Of a stretch of DNA of 64,000 nucleotides, positions 49,346-58,517 are shown one piece after another. The translations under genes and the position numbers were made by a program. The stretch lies in contig CAVRKK010000001.1 of NCBI GenBank assembly GCA_963722385.1, forward strand, positions 160,001 through 224,000. Direction: 5' to 3'. The stretch is from an uncultured bacterium (GTDB taxonomy: Bacteria; Babelota; Babeliae; Babelales; Babelaceae). Numbering within the stretch: position 1 is the stretch's first letter; every line of letters begins with the position of its first letter. Below the pieces are notes generated by a model. The model worked only from the letters and a program-made list of their open reading frames with translations, did not search any database and was not told the DNA's origin.

Positions 49346-49978
49346 ATGTTTAAAGACAGGTTTGACGCAGCGCGGCGATTAGCCGAAAAGCTCGCGGACT
49401 ACAAAAACAACCCCGATGTGGCAATTTTAGCTGTACCACGCGGTGGCCTTGAAGTTGGCTCAGTTCTATCACTCGAGCTACATGCGCCTTTGGACGTCAT
49501 ATTTACTAAAAAGATCGGCTATCCGGGCAATCCGGAATACGCTATAGGTGCTGTAAGTCTCGAGGGTGTTATAATCGATAAGCGATTTTTAAATTTTTCA
49601 GCATCGCTCAATGAGTATATCGATGAAGAAACCAAGCGAATTCGGGCTCTTTTGCAAAAAAGGTACCAAACCTATCAGGGCAACAAACCGCCGCTCGACC
49701 TCGCGGGAAAAATTGTTATCATAACTGATGACGGCGTTGCAACAGGCAGCACGCTTGCAGCCACGCTTGATCTGGTCAAAAAAAGTGGAGCACGTAAGAT
49801 TATCGTTGCCATACCCGTCGCACCCCGTGAAGCCGTCAAGGCCTTACGTGAAAAAGCGGATGAGGTTATCTGCTTACTCATTCCGAAGGCATTTGTCGCC
49901 GTCGGGCAGTTTTACGAAAACTTTGAGCAAGTAAGTGATGAGGAAGCAATCCAGCTTCTTCATGGGACAAAAGTATGA
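49346..49978 (+). CDS. Type I phosphoribosyltransferase
   Basis: FKDR, AVPRGG, KIGYPGNPEYAIGAV, TDDGVATGST, AVGQFY. Confidence 0.9.
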   Translation: MFKDRFDAARRLAEKLADYKNNPDVAILAVPRGGLEVGSVLSLELHAPLDVIFTKKIGYPGNPEYAIGAVSLEGVIIDKRFLNFSASLNEYIDEETKRIRALLQKRYQTYQGNKPPLDLAGKIVIITDDGVATGSTLAATLDLVKKSGARKIIVAIPVAPREAVKALREKADEVICLLIPKAFVAVGQFYENFEQVSDEEAIQLLHGTKV

Positions 49979-50823
49979 TCTTTTTTACCACTTCAGCAGG
50001 CCACTTAGCTCCCCAGATTCATTTAGCCCAGGGCAAGCTAACCGTAAAGCAATTTAGTGATGGCGAATTATACGTGCGTGTTGAAGAAGATGTTAAAAGC
50101 AAACAGGTCTGGGTCATAGCTTCGACGCCATCTGCTGAAAGTATTATCGAGCTCCTGCTTATTCTCAATGCACTGCAGCGAGAAAGCGCTTTTATAAGCC
50201 TGATTATAACGTACTTCGGGTACAGCCGACAAGACAGAGCGGTACCGGGAGAGGCGTTAGCGGCCTCAGTAATTAGTTCGCTGCTTCTTACGGCCAACGT
50301 GCAAAAAATCTTTATTATTCACGCGCATAGCGCGAGGCTCAAGCAATTCTTAAATTTTGAAAACAAGATCCCCCTTGATCTCTTTTGCATTCCGGCTCAG
50401 GAGTCCAATCGCATCGCAGCGCCTGATCAAGGGGCTTACGAATTTGTGGCAGCGATCGGCGAGCAATGCGGCAGAGAGGCGGTTGTGGTGACAAAGATGC
50501 GTCCCGAGCAAGAAAAGGTCAAAATTATGGGTGTAACTGATGCTATTGAGGGCAAGCACATCCTTATTGTGGACGACATAATTTCGACAGGAACGACACT
50601 TATCAGCGTTGCCCACGCGTTAAAAGAGCGGGGAGCGAGTACCGTTTCAGCAGCGGCGACTCATGGCGTTTTTTCAGACGGGGCGCATACGCTGCTTGAT
50701 GAGAGCCCCCTCATTGAGCGTATATACGTTACCAATACGCTTGTGCAAGATACCACGTGGGACAAAATTACGATACTAAATATTGCTCCTTTTATTCAAA
50801 ATATTATTGTGCAAAGCTCATGA
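49975..50823 (+). CDS. prs: Ribose-phosphate pyrophosphokinase
   Basis: FSDGE, YFGYSRQDR, APDQG, IVDDIISTGTT, ATHGVFS, VTNT. Confidence 0.88.
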   Translation: MIFFTTSAGHLAPQIHLAQGKLTVKQFSDGELYVRVEEDVKSKQVWVIASTPSAESIIELLLILNALQRESAFISLIITYFGYSRQDRAVPGEALAASVISSLLLTANVQKIFIIHAHSARLKQFLNFENKIPLDLFCIPAQESNRIAAPDQGAYEFVAAIGEQCGREAVVVTKMRPEQEKVKIMGVTDAIEGKHILIVDDIISTGTTLISVAHALKERGASTVSAAATHGVFSDGAHTLLDESPLIERIYVTNTLVQDTTWDKITILNIAPFIQNIIVQSS

Positions 50824-52154
50824 ATAATCACACGATCATTACCACTCATGCTCATCCTTGTAATTGGCGCCAACCAGAGACATTTGACCCGCTCATCCAA
50901 AGCATCGGCGACGCACGTGTTGTCATGTTAGGCGAGGCCTCGCATGGCACTCATGAATTTTACGAAGCGCGCGCCACATTAACAAAGCGGCTTGTGCAAG
51001 AAAAAGAATTTAACATGCTGGCAATCGAAGGCGACTGGCCTGACGCATACACCGTTCACCGATATATTCATGGCCAGCACGGCTCGAGCGAGAGCCCACG
51101 TGGAGCACTTGCCGATTTCGAGCGCTTTCCCTCATGGATGTGGCGTAACACTGAGATGGTCAAGCTCATTGCCTGGCTTCAGTCTTTTAACACAAGCACG
51201 GGCGCCCGGCACCAGGTCGACTTTTGCGGGCTCGACCTCTATAGCATGCACCGCTCTATGCAAGCAGTCATCGACTATCTTGAAACCGTTGATCCTCGCG
51301 CGGCCCAACGCGCTCGTGATCGTTATGGTTGTATTAACGCTTATAGCTCAACTCCTCAAGAATATGGCTACTTTGCTTCCATGAATAGTGCCTACTCCTG
51401 CGAGAAACAGGTGGCCGAGCAACTTGCCGAACTGCATCAGCAAGCTTTCGAGCGAGTTAAGCAGGCCGGCTTTGTAGGAAATGACGAGCTCTTTTACGCG
51501 CAGCAAAATGCACTCGTTGTAAAAAATGCTGAGCACTACTACCGCTCGCTCTTCGGATCGGGGGATGCTCATTCCTGGAACGTGCGGGACCGCCACATGT
51601 TTGAGAGCTTGCTGGCCCTTATTGCACATCGTGAAGCACAAGGCCATGCTGCAAAAGTAATTGTGTGGGCGCATAACTCCCATATCGGCAATGCGCATGC
51701 AACTCAAATGGCGCGTTATGGAGAGCTCAATATTGGGCAACTCGCGCGCGAGTCCTTTAAGGACGCTGCATTTCTTGTTGGCTTTACGACGTATAAGGGA
51801 ACGGTATCAGCAGCTTCACAATGGGGAGGCGAAGTAGAGCGCAAGCACGTACGGCGGGCCCTGAAAGATAGCTTTGAAGACCTCTTTCACCATATGCCCC
51901 TACAAGACTTCTTGCTTATTATACGTAACAATCATGACGTAGAACGGATTCTGCGCCCTCAAAGGCTTGAGCGTGCTATTGGCGTTATTTACCAACCACA
52001 AACTGAGCGTCAAAGCCATTACTTTTACGCAAGCATGGCCGATCAGTTCGACGCCGTCATACATTTTGATGAAACCCATGCTGTTGAGCCGCTTGATCGC
52101 ACAACTTTGTGGGAAGAAGGTGAGTTCCCAGAAACATATCCTTCGGGAATGTAG
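50820..52154 (+). CDS. Erythromycin esterase family protein
   Basis: LGEASHGTHEFY, EGDWPD, FPSWMWRN, WAHNSHIG, ERAIGVIY. Confidence 0.92.
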   Translation: MNNHTIITTHAHPCNWRQPETFDPLIQSIGDARVVMLGEASHGTHEFYEARATLTKRLVQEKEFNMLAIEGDWPDAYTVHRYIHGQHGSSESPRGALADFERFPSWMWRNTEMVKLIAWLQSFNTSTGARHQVDFCGLDLYSMHRSMQAVIDYLETVDPRAAQRARDRYGCINAYSSTPQEYGYFASMNSAYSCEKQVAEQLAELHQQAFERVKQAGFVGNDELFYAQQNALVVKNAEHYYRSLFGSGDAHSWNVRDRHMFESLLALIAHREAQGHAAKVIVWAHNSHIGNAHATQMARYGELNIGQLARESFKDAAFLVGFTTYKGTVSAASQWGGEVERKHVRRALKDSFEDLFHHMPLQDFLLIIRNNHDVERILRPQRLERAIGVIYQPQTERQSHYFYASMADQFDAVIHFDETHAVEPLDRTTLWEEGEFPETYPSGM

Positions 52155-52264
52155 CATGGTAAAAATATCGGTTGACATTTTAGCCTTATTAGTTAAAAAT
52201 AAAATTTAGCAAATCGTCATTTTTTGCAATTTACTGGTTTTATAATTTATTAGAAGGAAAAGCT

Positions 52265-52666
52265 ATGAACAAAAAACTTTTCATAGCACTGATATTAAGC
52301 AGTGTTTCTGGATTCGTAATCGCTGCCAAGCATCACAAGGAAACTCAAAATCCCTCGTCACAAAAAACAGAAAATCCACTTGCTCACCTCATGGCTATTT
52401 TGCCTGACCGTGTGATCCAAAAGTTGGTAGCGGGCGAAGCTCTTCCGCAACGCTGGCTAAAAGATCTCGAAGAAAGTGCAGCGACATTTCCGAAAGAAAT
52501 TATGAAAGCGTTTCGCGAAGGTAAAGGATTGCCTGAACATTGGCGACGCGACCTCGAAGAAGTTGTGGAATGGCAAAAAGTTGATGAGATAATGAACGCC
52601 CTAGCAGAAGCAAACAAAGAGAAAGGCCCCCGAACCCTGCCGAGAAAAGGGTGGTTATCGTCGTAG
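52265..52666 (+). CDS. Small secreted protein with internal repeat
   Basis: Signal peptide; GEALPQRWLKDLEE / GKGLPEHWRRDLEE. Confidence 0.7.
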   Translation: MNKKLFIALILSSVSGFVIAAKHHKETQNPSSQKTENPLAHLMAILPDRVIQKLVAGEALPQRWLKDLEESAATFPKEIMKAFREGKGLPEHWRRDLEEVVEWQKVDEIMNALAEANKEKGPRTLPRKGWLSS

Positions 52667-52719
52667 AATATTGGGATACTCGACTTTTATAAGTATATTA
52701 AAGAAGACTAAGCGTCAGA

Positions 52720-52748
52720 AGGGGGCTCATAATGAGCCCCCTCTTTTC
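52720..52748 (+). terminator. Intrinsic terminator
   Basis: agggggctcat-a-atgagccccct followed by a pyrimidine run. Confidence 0.65.
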
Positions 52749-52845
52749 TGCTTGATCGCGTTAAATGTTGATTTTTTAAGTTTCTATTTGATAATATTAA
52801 ATCAAATTAGAATATTATTTAATACTAACACAGGTCGAGGGGAAT

Positions 52846-53067
52846 ATGCTTTATAAATTTGAAACATGCGCGCTTATCGTGGCGCTGTGCGTTATTGCCT
52901 TAGGCTATGGCAAGACATATACGCAGCAATGCACCTTGCTCAACGAAGGCAAGAAATGCGTTTATCTTAATGGCAGAAACGAGTCCGCCACGGGCACCTG
53001 CAGAATACGATCTTGTACGGTTAAAGGTCGGCCTCCGATGCCCTGCGCCGTGTGCTCACCAATATAA
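52846..53067 (+). CDS. Small secreted six-Cys peptide
   Basis: RBS gagggg; signal peptide; six Cys in the mature part. Confidence 0.65.
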   Translation: MLYKFETCALIVALCVIALGYGKTYTQQCTLLNEGKKCVYLNGRNESATGTCRIRSCTVKGRPPMPCAVCSPI

Positions 53068-53101
53068 CTTATCGAATAGAATTTGCTTGATAAGGAGCGA
53101 T

Positions 53102-53644
53102 ATGAAAAAATTTATTTTACTGGCATTACTGACTATTTACGGTGACGGACTTCTCGCTCAGAGCATGGGCTTCGGGCCAATTGACGGACCCACGGAGGGA
53201 TCGATTAGCTCGGGTATACATTCCGGACCATTCGGCTATGGATATCCAATAGATACCCCGAGAACCACCCACGATGGCGGATTAGCAAGTACCGGCGCTG
53301 GCTACGCAACTGGGCTCGGACCTCAAGAAGATATGTTGAGCTCTGGTCCAGAGGCGACAATGGGGTTACCTGCAGCGTATGAGCCAGATTTCTATGATCG
53401 GTTAGGACTTTCTGAGGAAAGTTCCGGTTATCCTATGGATGTCGATAGGAACTTTGATGATAATAACGGATCTGATGGAATGCAGCCTATGGCTCGTAGT
53501 CGATTTGCTTGGGGTGAGGAAGAATTGTCAAGGAGAAGAAGCTACTGCTGCCGTAAAAGAGCGCGTTGTTGCAAAAGGAGACACTGTCACGGCAAAGGAG
53601 CGCACTGTAAATGCAGCAGAAGAGCTCTTTGTAGCTGTAGGTAA
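53102..53644 (+). CDS. Secreted protein with Gly/acidic region and Cys/Arg-rich C-terminus
   Basis: RBS aaggag; signal LLA-QS; tail RRRSYCCRKRARCCKRRHCHGKGAHCKCSRRALCSCR. Confidence 0.72.
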   Translation: MKKFILLALLTIYGDGLLAQSMGFGPIDGPTEGSISSGIHSGPFGYGYPIDTPRTTHDGGLASTGAGYATGLGPQEDMLSSGPEATMGLPAAYEPDFYDRLGLSEESSGYPMDVDRNFDDNNGSDGMQPMARSRFAWGEEELSRRRSYCCRKRARCCKRRHCHGKGAHCKCSRRALCSCR

Positions 53645-53750
53645 TACAACAAGGCGTAAAAAACCGAGTATGTTAGCAAACTCTTGCTCTCGGCAGCAAT
53701 GACCCGGTAAAATTATTACATAAGAGAATAATCATTGTAAAAAGAGGAGA

Positions 53751-54116
53751 ATGGCAATGGCTATAAAGCTGAACGAGGCAGGCTTCGAGCACGCTAAAGA
53801 GCTTATAAGTGGTGGCTTAGAAGTAGAACGAAGAGCCGACAACTGGAATGCTCACAAAGCTACCGCTGACGAAGTAGCTAAATTTCTTGAGACCCATTAC
53901 CTAGAAGAATATGGGCTTTGGTTTCTTGGTATCGATACGGAAGCACCTGAAAATTCAAAGGACCGCTATGTCTTCCCCTACGGCGACTTAAAAATTGTTC
54001 ATAAGGGTGCGTTAATCGTTGCTGAAGAAGAGGCCGCGCGCAAGGGAGCAAAAGAAGTTCAAGAAGTTGCTAAAACCTTATTGGACCTTATCAACAAAAG
54101 CAAAGAGCAGCGTTAA
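53751..54116 (+). CDS. Conserved-type hypothetical protein
   Basis: RBS gaggag; EYGLWFLGID...FPYGD motif. Confidence 0.75.
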   Translation: MAMAIKLNEAGFEHAKELISGGLEVERRADNWNAHKATADEVAKFLETHYLEEYGLWFLGIDTEAPENSKDRYVFPYGDLKIVHKGALIVAEEEAARKGAKEVQEVAKTLLDLINKSKEQR

Positions 54117-55411
54117 TCTTCGTGCTTTTTTTGGTGAAAACGTAGCAAAAACATGCTAAGTCCCAAGAGGATAATGAAACCGAAATAGAGGGTAGGCCGA
54201 GCGCCATATTCCATGATATTTTTATGGTAGCCGAGCGCCAAAAGCAAGCAGCTGAAAAGTGCCAAAACCGCGGTCAGCTCTATGCGTGATCGTAAGCGCC
54301 ACATAAGCATGAGAAATGCTGCCGTGCTCACCGTGTAGGTGATCATCATACCAAGTGAGCATATCTGTTGAAGAGGAACCAAGCTTCCTCGAAATGCTAT
54401 CAGATAAAGAAGTACCGTAAGCCCTTCAGCTAAAACGCATACAAAAGGAGCTTTGTACCGATTGAAGGAGGTTAGCGCCCGACCAGCAAAGGTATACCCG
54501 GCCTGAGCGAGTGCAAAAAGATTCCATGCGTTACTATACATAATGCCATACGCCGCGCCGAGCGATGACGTCGCAATCCCCACATTGAGCAGGAAGAAAA
54601 TGAACTGATGTAATCCATGCGGGGAAGCAAAAAGCTTATTGAGCAAGGCCGGAAAGGCTTGGCTATAGTCAGCGAGTATGCCCAAGCGAGGAAGCGCGAT
54701 AAAGAACAATGTTTGAAAAAGTACGGCGATACAGACGCCAAGAGCATACGAAATGATAAGCGCGCGTGGCCCGTTTCGCTCAGGGTCTTCCATAGTCCTA
54801 CTCAGCGAGCAGCACGCTTCAAAACCGGTAAAAGCATAGAGCACAAAAGGCAGGGTGCCAACGAGATTGGAAAAAATAAGGTGCTGGCCAGTCAAGGAAG
54901 CACCTGAAAAAAAGTAGATGCCCGCACCAATAGCACAGAAAATCGGCATGAGCTTGACGAGCAGAAATCCATATTGGATTACTCTTCCAATCCGCAAATT
55001 AAGCATATTGAGGGCGGTAAAAAGCAGCACGATAGCACCATCGAATACTATGCTTGGTACCGTCGATAGCCCGGGGACAAGCTGGCTGATAAGCGTCGAA
55101 AAAACATGAATACCTAAGGAAGCCGACGCAAGCTTTGCGGTAAAATAGGACCAACCTGATAAGAAGCCAGCCATCGGGTGCATTATTGCGCCAAAGTCAT
55201 AAAAGGTGCCACCCTTATGGTATTTCAGCAACCGGGCGAAGGTGATAATAAGGGGAAGTAGCATTATCCCCATTATAAGGTACGCTGCTCCTCCAAAAGG
55301 GCCTGCATTACGGGCCAAGAGCACGGTATTTACAAATATACCCGATCCTATCATTATATTGATATTTACGAGGATAGCAGCGGGCAAGGATAAAGCGTAA
55401 CTTTTAGCCAT
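54113..55411 (-). CDS. APC-family amino acid permease
   Basis: MIGSGIF, YAFTGFE, DPERNGPRA; many TM helices. Confidence 0.9.
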   Translation of the reverse strand: MAKSYALSLPAAILVNINIMIGSGIFVNTVLLARNAGPFGGAAYLIMGIMLLPLIITFARLLKYHKGGTFYDFGAIMHPMAGFLSGWSYFTAKLASASLGIHVFSTLISQLVPGLSTVPSIVFDGAIVLLFTALNMLNLRIGRVIQYGFLLVKLMPIFCAIGAGIYFFSGASLTGQHLIFSNLVGTLPFVLYAFTGFEACCSLSRTMEDPERNGPRALIISYALGVCIAVLFQTLFFIALPRLGILADYSQAFPALLNKLFASPHGLHQFIFFLLNVGIATSSLGAAYGIMYSNAWNLFALAQAGYTFAGRALTSFNRYKAPFVCVLAEGLTVLLYLIAFRGSLVPLQQICSLGMMITYTVSTAAFLMLMWRLRSRIELTAVLALFSCLLLALGYHKNIMEYGARPTLYFGFIILLGLSMFLLRFHQKKHED

Positions 55412-55549
55412 AATGCGTTTCTTGCGAAGTTAAAACTGGTTGGCGCCTAAGTATTAATACTACCTGAAAGCTTGGTTAAATAAAAGAGGCGCTAAGTATT
55501 GCATGTCCGAGCGTGCCCGTTATATAGTAAGCGAGACGACCTAACAAGC

Positions 55550-56638
55550 ATGATTATGAAAAAAATTCTCATAGCCCTACTTTTTATCTACCAGCCGGTT
55601 GCAAGCTGCATTACGCCACGCAAGAGAGCGTTTCGGATTGGGTACTGGGGTACCTCTAACATTGCGTGCGGCATTGCAATGTATACCACTCATCAGGCAG
55701 ATGCGCTGCGCCGCCGGGGCTATATGGTCTTTACCTATGGGCATTTTATACGCGGGCAAGCATTGATTCATAGTATTTCTAACGACAAGATAAACCTTCT
55801 TAATATACAATATGAGTCCAAGATCATGCCAGTTCTCCCAGAGCTTTTAGAAACAATTCTGAAAGTCAAGGCAAGCGGAGTTAAGGTTATAGTGACGGTG
55901 CATGAGGAAACGAGCGCGGTGGTAGAGCTTGTAAAGGTTTGCGATCGAATAATTTACCATAAAAAGCCAATGTTGATCAGTCAGAAAAACAGAAAGCTGA
56001 GCATGTTGCCGATGGGAGTTCCTCTCTTTGGGCCTACAGCGAGCAAAGGTGCCTTAAGAAAAAAATATGGCTACTCGAACAACCAGATTATCATTACGAC
56101 GACGGGTTTTATGCTACCCTATAAGCAGCAGCCGGAGCTCTTGGAGGCTTTGGCGCCATTTTTACAAAGAAATGACCGCTATCGGCTGCAAATGCTTACG
56201 TCGTTTACCTCCCGTGCGCCTGAATATTGTAAGCACGTTAATGAGCGCATCAAGGCAGTTATTGCTCAGTATAAGCTCGCGGGCAAGGTTGCTCACGTGA
56301 CATCATTTTTGCCGCAGCACGTTTTAACGGAAAGGCTGTATCTGTCAGACCTTGGCTATTTATGGATGAATGACGATTATCCATCGACCTCCGCCTCTGC
56401 TAAAGAGTATATTGCCGCCCGCTTGCCTCTTATTATTCCTTTCTCATCGCATTTTCATGATATGAAGCAGGGGATTATTCGTGTTGATCTCCCTATCAAG
56501 GATTTTGCCGCAAAAATAATTGAGGTTGCTGCGCGCAAGCAGGTGCTCGAGCAGTTGCGCGCACAGCTCGAGGGTGCTTATAAGCGGCTGAATTACGATG
56601 AGCTGATAGGCGAGTATTTAAAAGTGATGAAAAAGTAA
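55550..56638 (+). CDS. GT-B (GT4-like) glycosyltransferase
   Basis: CGIAMYT, VTVHE, GFMLPYK, TSASA. Confidence 0.8.
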   Translation: MIMKKILIALLFIYQPVASCITPRKRAFRIGYWGTSNIACGIAMYTTHQADALRRRGYMVFTYGHFIRGQALIHSISNDKINLLNIQYESKIMPVLPELLETILKVKASGVKVIVTVHEETSAVVELVKVCDRIIYHKKPMLISQKNRKLSMLPMGVPLFGPTASKGALRKKYGYSNNQIIITTTGFMLPYKQQPELLEALAPFLQRNDRYRLQMLTSFTSRAPEYCKHVNERIKAVIAQYKLAGKVAHVTSFLPQHVLTERLYLSDLGYLWMNDDYPSTSASAKEYIAARLPLIIPFSSHFHDMKQGIIRVDLPIKDFAAKIIEVAARKQVLEQLRAQLEGAYKRLNYDELIGEYLKVMKK

Positions 56639-56683
56639 AAAACTGAACGTTCGACAAAATCGCGTACGGCTGACGGAACAGAG

Positions 56684-57030
56684 CGAATTGAATTGAAATT
56701 GAATCGCCTGCCCGGCTGGGGGCTAAGGGACATCGTCCCTTAGCAAATCCCCAAAGCGTTATGCTTACAGGCTTGGTGTGTGTAGTTATCGTTCGCCAAA
56801 GCGCACGATAACTTACGCCATTATCATGTGCGCTACGCTTCATGATAAAAATCTATTTTCCGTCAGGAAAATTGCGGTAGCCATAATCATGCGCCACGCA
56901 TGGTTATGGCATTGAAAAAGAAAAGACAGAGCATATGCTACTACACATATTGGTGTGGGTGCAGGGCCGCTGCCCTGCCGCTCGACGCGGAGTCGCCCCA
57001 GCCGGGCAGGCGATTTACTCTATTTCGCTT
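56684..57030 (+). repeat. Multi-hairpin intergenic repeat, copy C, closed by a 20-bp inverted repeat
   Basis: aatcgcctgcccggctgggg (56702-56721) / ccccagccgggcaggcgatt (56996-57015); between convergent genes. Confidence 0.9.
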
Positions 57031-57063
57031 TGTGCGCGGAGACGCCATTTTACGTAATTCGGC

Positions 57064-58011
57064 TCACGCTTGCTTACTTCGCGCGCGTGCCTGCAGTTCG
57101 CCCTGGAAAAAAAGATAAAGCCCAACCGTGATACCGACGATGGCAAAGTAATGCTGCCACCTAAGCCCCTCATGTAAGAAAATATAACCGTAGAGAGCAC
57201 CAAAAAGCGGCGATAGAAAGCCAGCGCAGGCAACAAAATTTAGCGAGTAATACTTGAGCAGCCAGCCGTACAAATTATATACGACAACATTAGAGATCAG
57301 AATTAGGCCGGCAACCGTTATGATAAAAAAGCGCATGTTAGTGATCGGCGCGACTCCTGGCTGCCGGAAGAAATACCACGTAACAAAACTCATGATACCA
57401 CCAGCAAGCATAGCAAACCCATTAATCGTCGCAAGCGAATAGCCACGATTCATTAAGTCTTTAATAATAAACCATGCATAGGCACCCGATATAATCGACA
57501 TAAGAAGCACAAGCTCAGGAACAGAAAAAGATAAAAGATCCGTACATCCCGCCTCGCCTCTGGTCATTAAAGGTAATAGCCCAATAAATGCACAGCAGGC
57601 CCCGGCTAAGGATAATCGAGTAACTCTTGTTTTGTAGAGCAAGAACGAAAATATCATAGCAACGAAGGGAGTAGTCGCGTACATAATATTGACCTTAATT
57701 GACGAAACGAATTGTAAAGCCCAAAACTCTGGCACAAACGATAAATATATATGAAAAAAGGTTACGCGACCAAAATCAACGAGGTCCCGGAGGCTTGGCC
57801 GAAAGACCATGCGGTTCTTTATTGCGTAAAAGCCTAACAACAGGCAACCAGAAACAACCATCCGTGCTCCAATCAAAAAGAGCGGATCAGCATAAGCCAC
57901 AGCAGCCTTGCCAAGCGTAAAGGTGAGCGCAAGAAGGGCATACAATAGGACAACTAAAAACACGACAGGCCCCCAGGCAATTAAGAATGTTGCGATCGAC
58001 AAGCATCCCAC
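57064..58011 (-). CDS. EamA/DMT transporter (likely start GTG 57963)
   Basis: About 10 TM helices; IGARMVVSG, TPFV, FLSPLFGALYGYIFLHE. Confidence 0.88.
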   Translation of the reverse strand: MGCLSIATFLIAWGPVVFLVVLLYALLALTFTLGKAAVAYADPLFLIGARMVVSGCLLLGFYAIKNRMVFRPSLRDLVDFGRVTFFHIYLSFVPEFWALQFVSSIKVNIMYATTPFVAMIFSFLLYKTRVTRLSLAGACCAFIGLLPLMTRGEAGCTDLLSFSVPELVLLMSIISGAYAWFIIKDLMNRGYSLATINGFAMLAGGIMSFVTWYFFRQPGVAPITNMRFFIITVAGLILISNVVVYNLYGWLLKYYSLNFVACAGFLSPLFGALYGYIFLHEGLRWQHYFAIVGITVGLYLFFQGELQARARSKQA

Positions 58012-58111
58012 ATGCTTAACGCGTCATGCTCTAGTATAAAACATTTTAATACTAGGCGCGAATTGTTTTGCCGCAGGCACCCTGGGATATTGTGGTAGGC
58101 ATAGTAAAGAC

Positions 58112-58300
58112 TTAGCGGGCGCGCCGGTGCTGGCGATCACCAGGGAACTTTTGATGCGCAGCTCGGTAATTATCGACTTTGTCATCGCTGTGGCCATGCT
58201 GATGTGCTCTCTTTTTCCGCTCGGCATCGAGTGAGCGCATAATTTTGCGTAGCCTGCTTTTGATCGTTCTCGATGTTGCGATTTTTCCTCTATCGGCCAT
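58112..58300 (-). CDS. Small basic hypothetical protein
   Basis: RBS aaggtg; Arg/Lys/His-rich, 62 aa. Confidence 0.5.
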   Translation of the reverse strand: MADRGKIATSRTIKSRLRKIMRSLDAERKKRAHQHGHSDDKVDNYRAAHQKFPGDRQHRRAR

Positions 58301-58517
58301 AATTCACCTTTTATTTCATCCATAGATCAAGTATAGTAAAAAGTCGAGCGCGGTTTCAAGACTTTCTTTGTTGCAGAGAGCCAGGGAGCGATAGATCAGC
58401 CGAAGCAGAAAGCCGATCATTTATTATCGAGTTGACTTCAAAATATAAATGCTTTAAATTGTTTAACGATACCTGCATTTTTTAAGTTAGCAAGTTAAAA
58501 CAAGCACATTCAAGGCA

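Noticed and set aside
58024..58323. 99-aa minus-strand ORF
   Set aside because: It overlaps 58112-58300 in another frame, which has the better RBS; no motif support.
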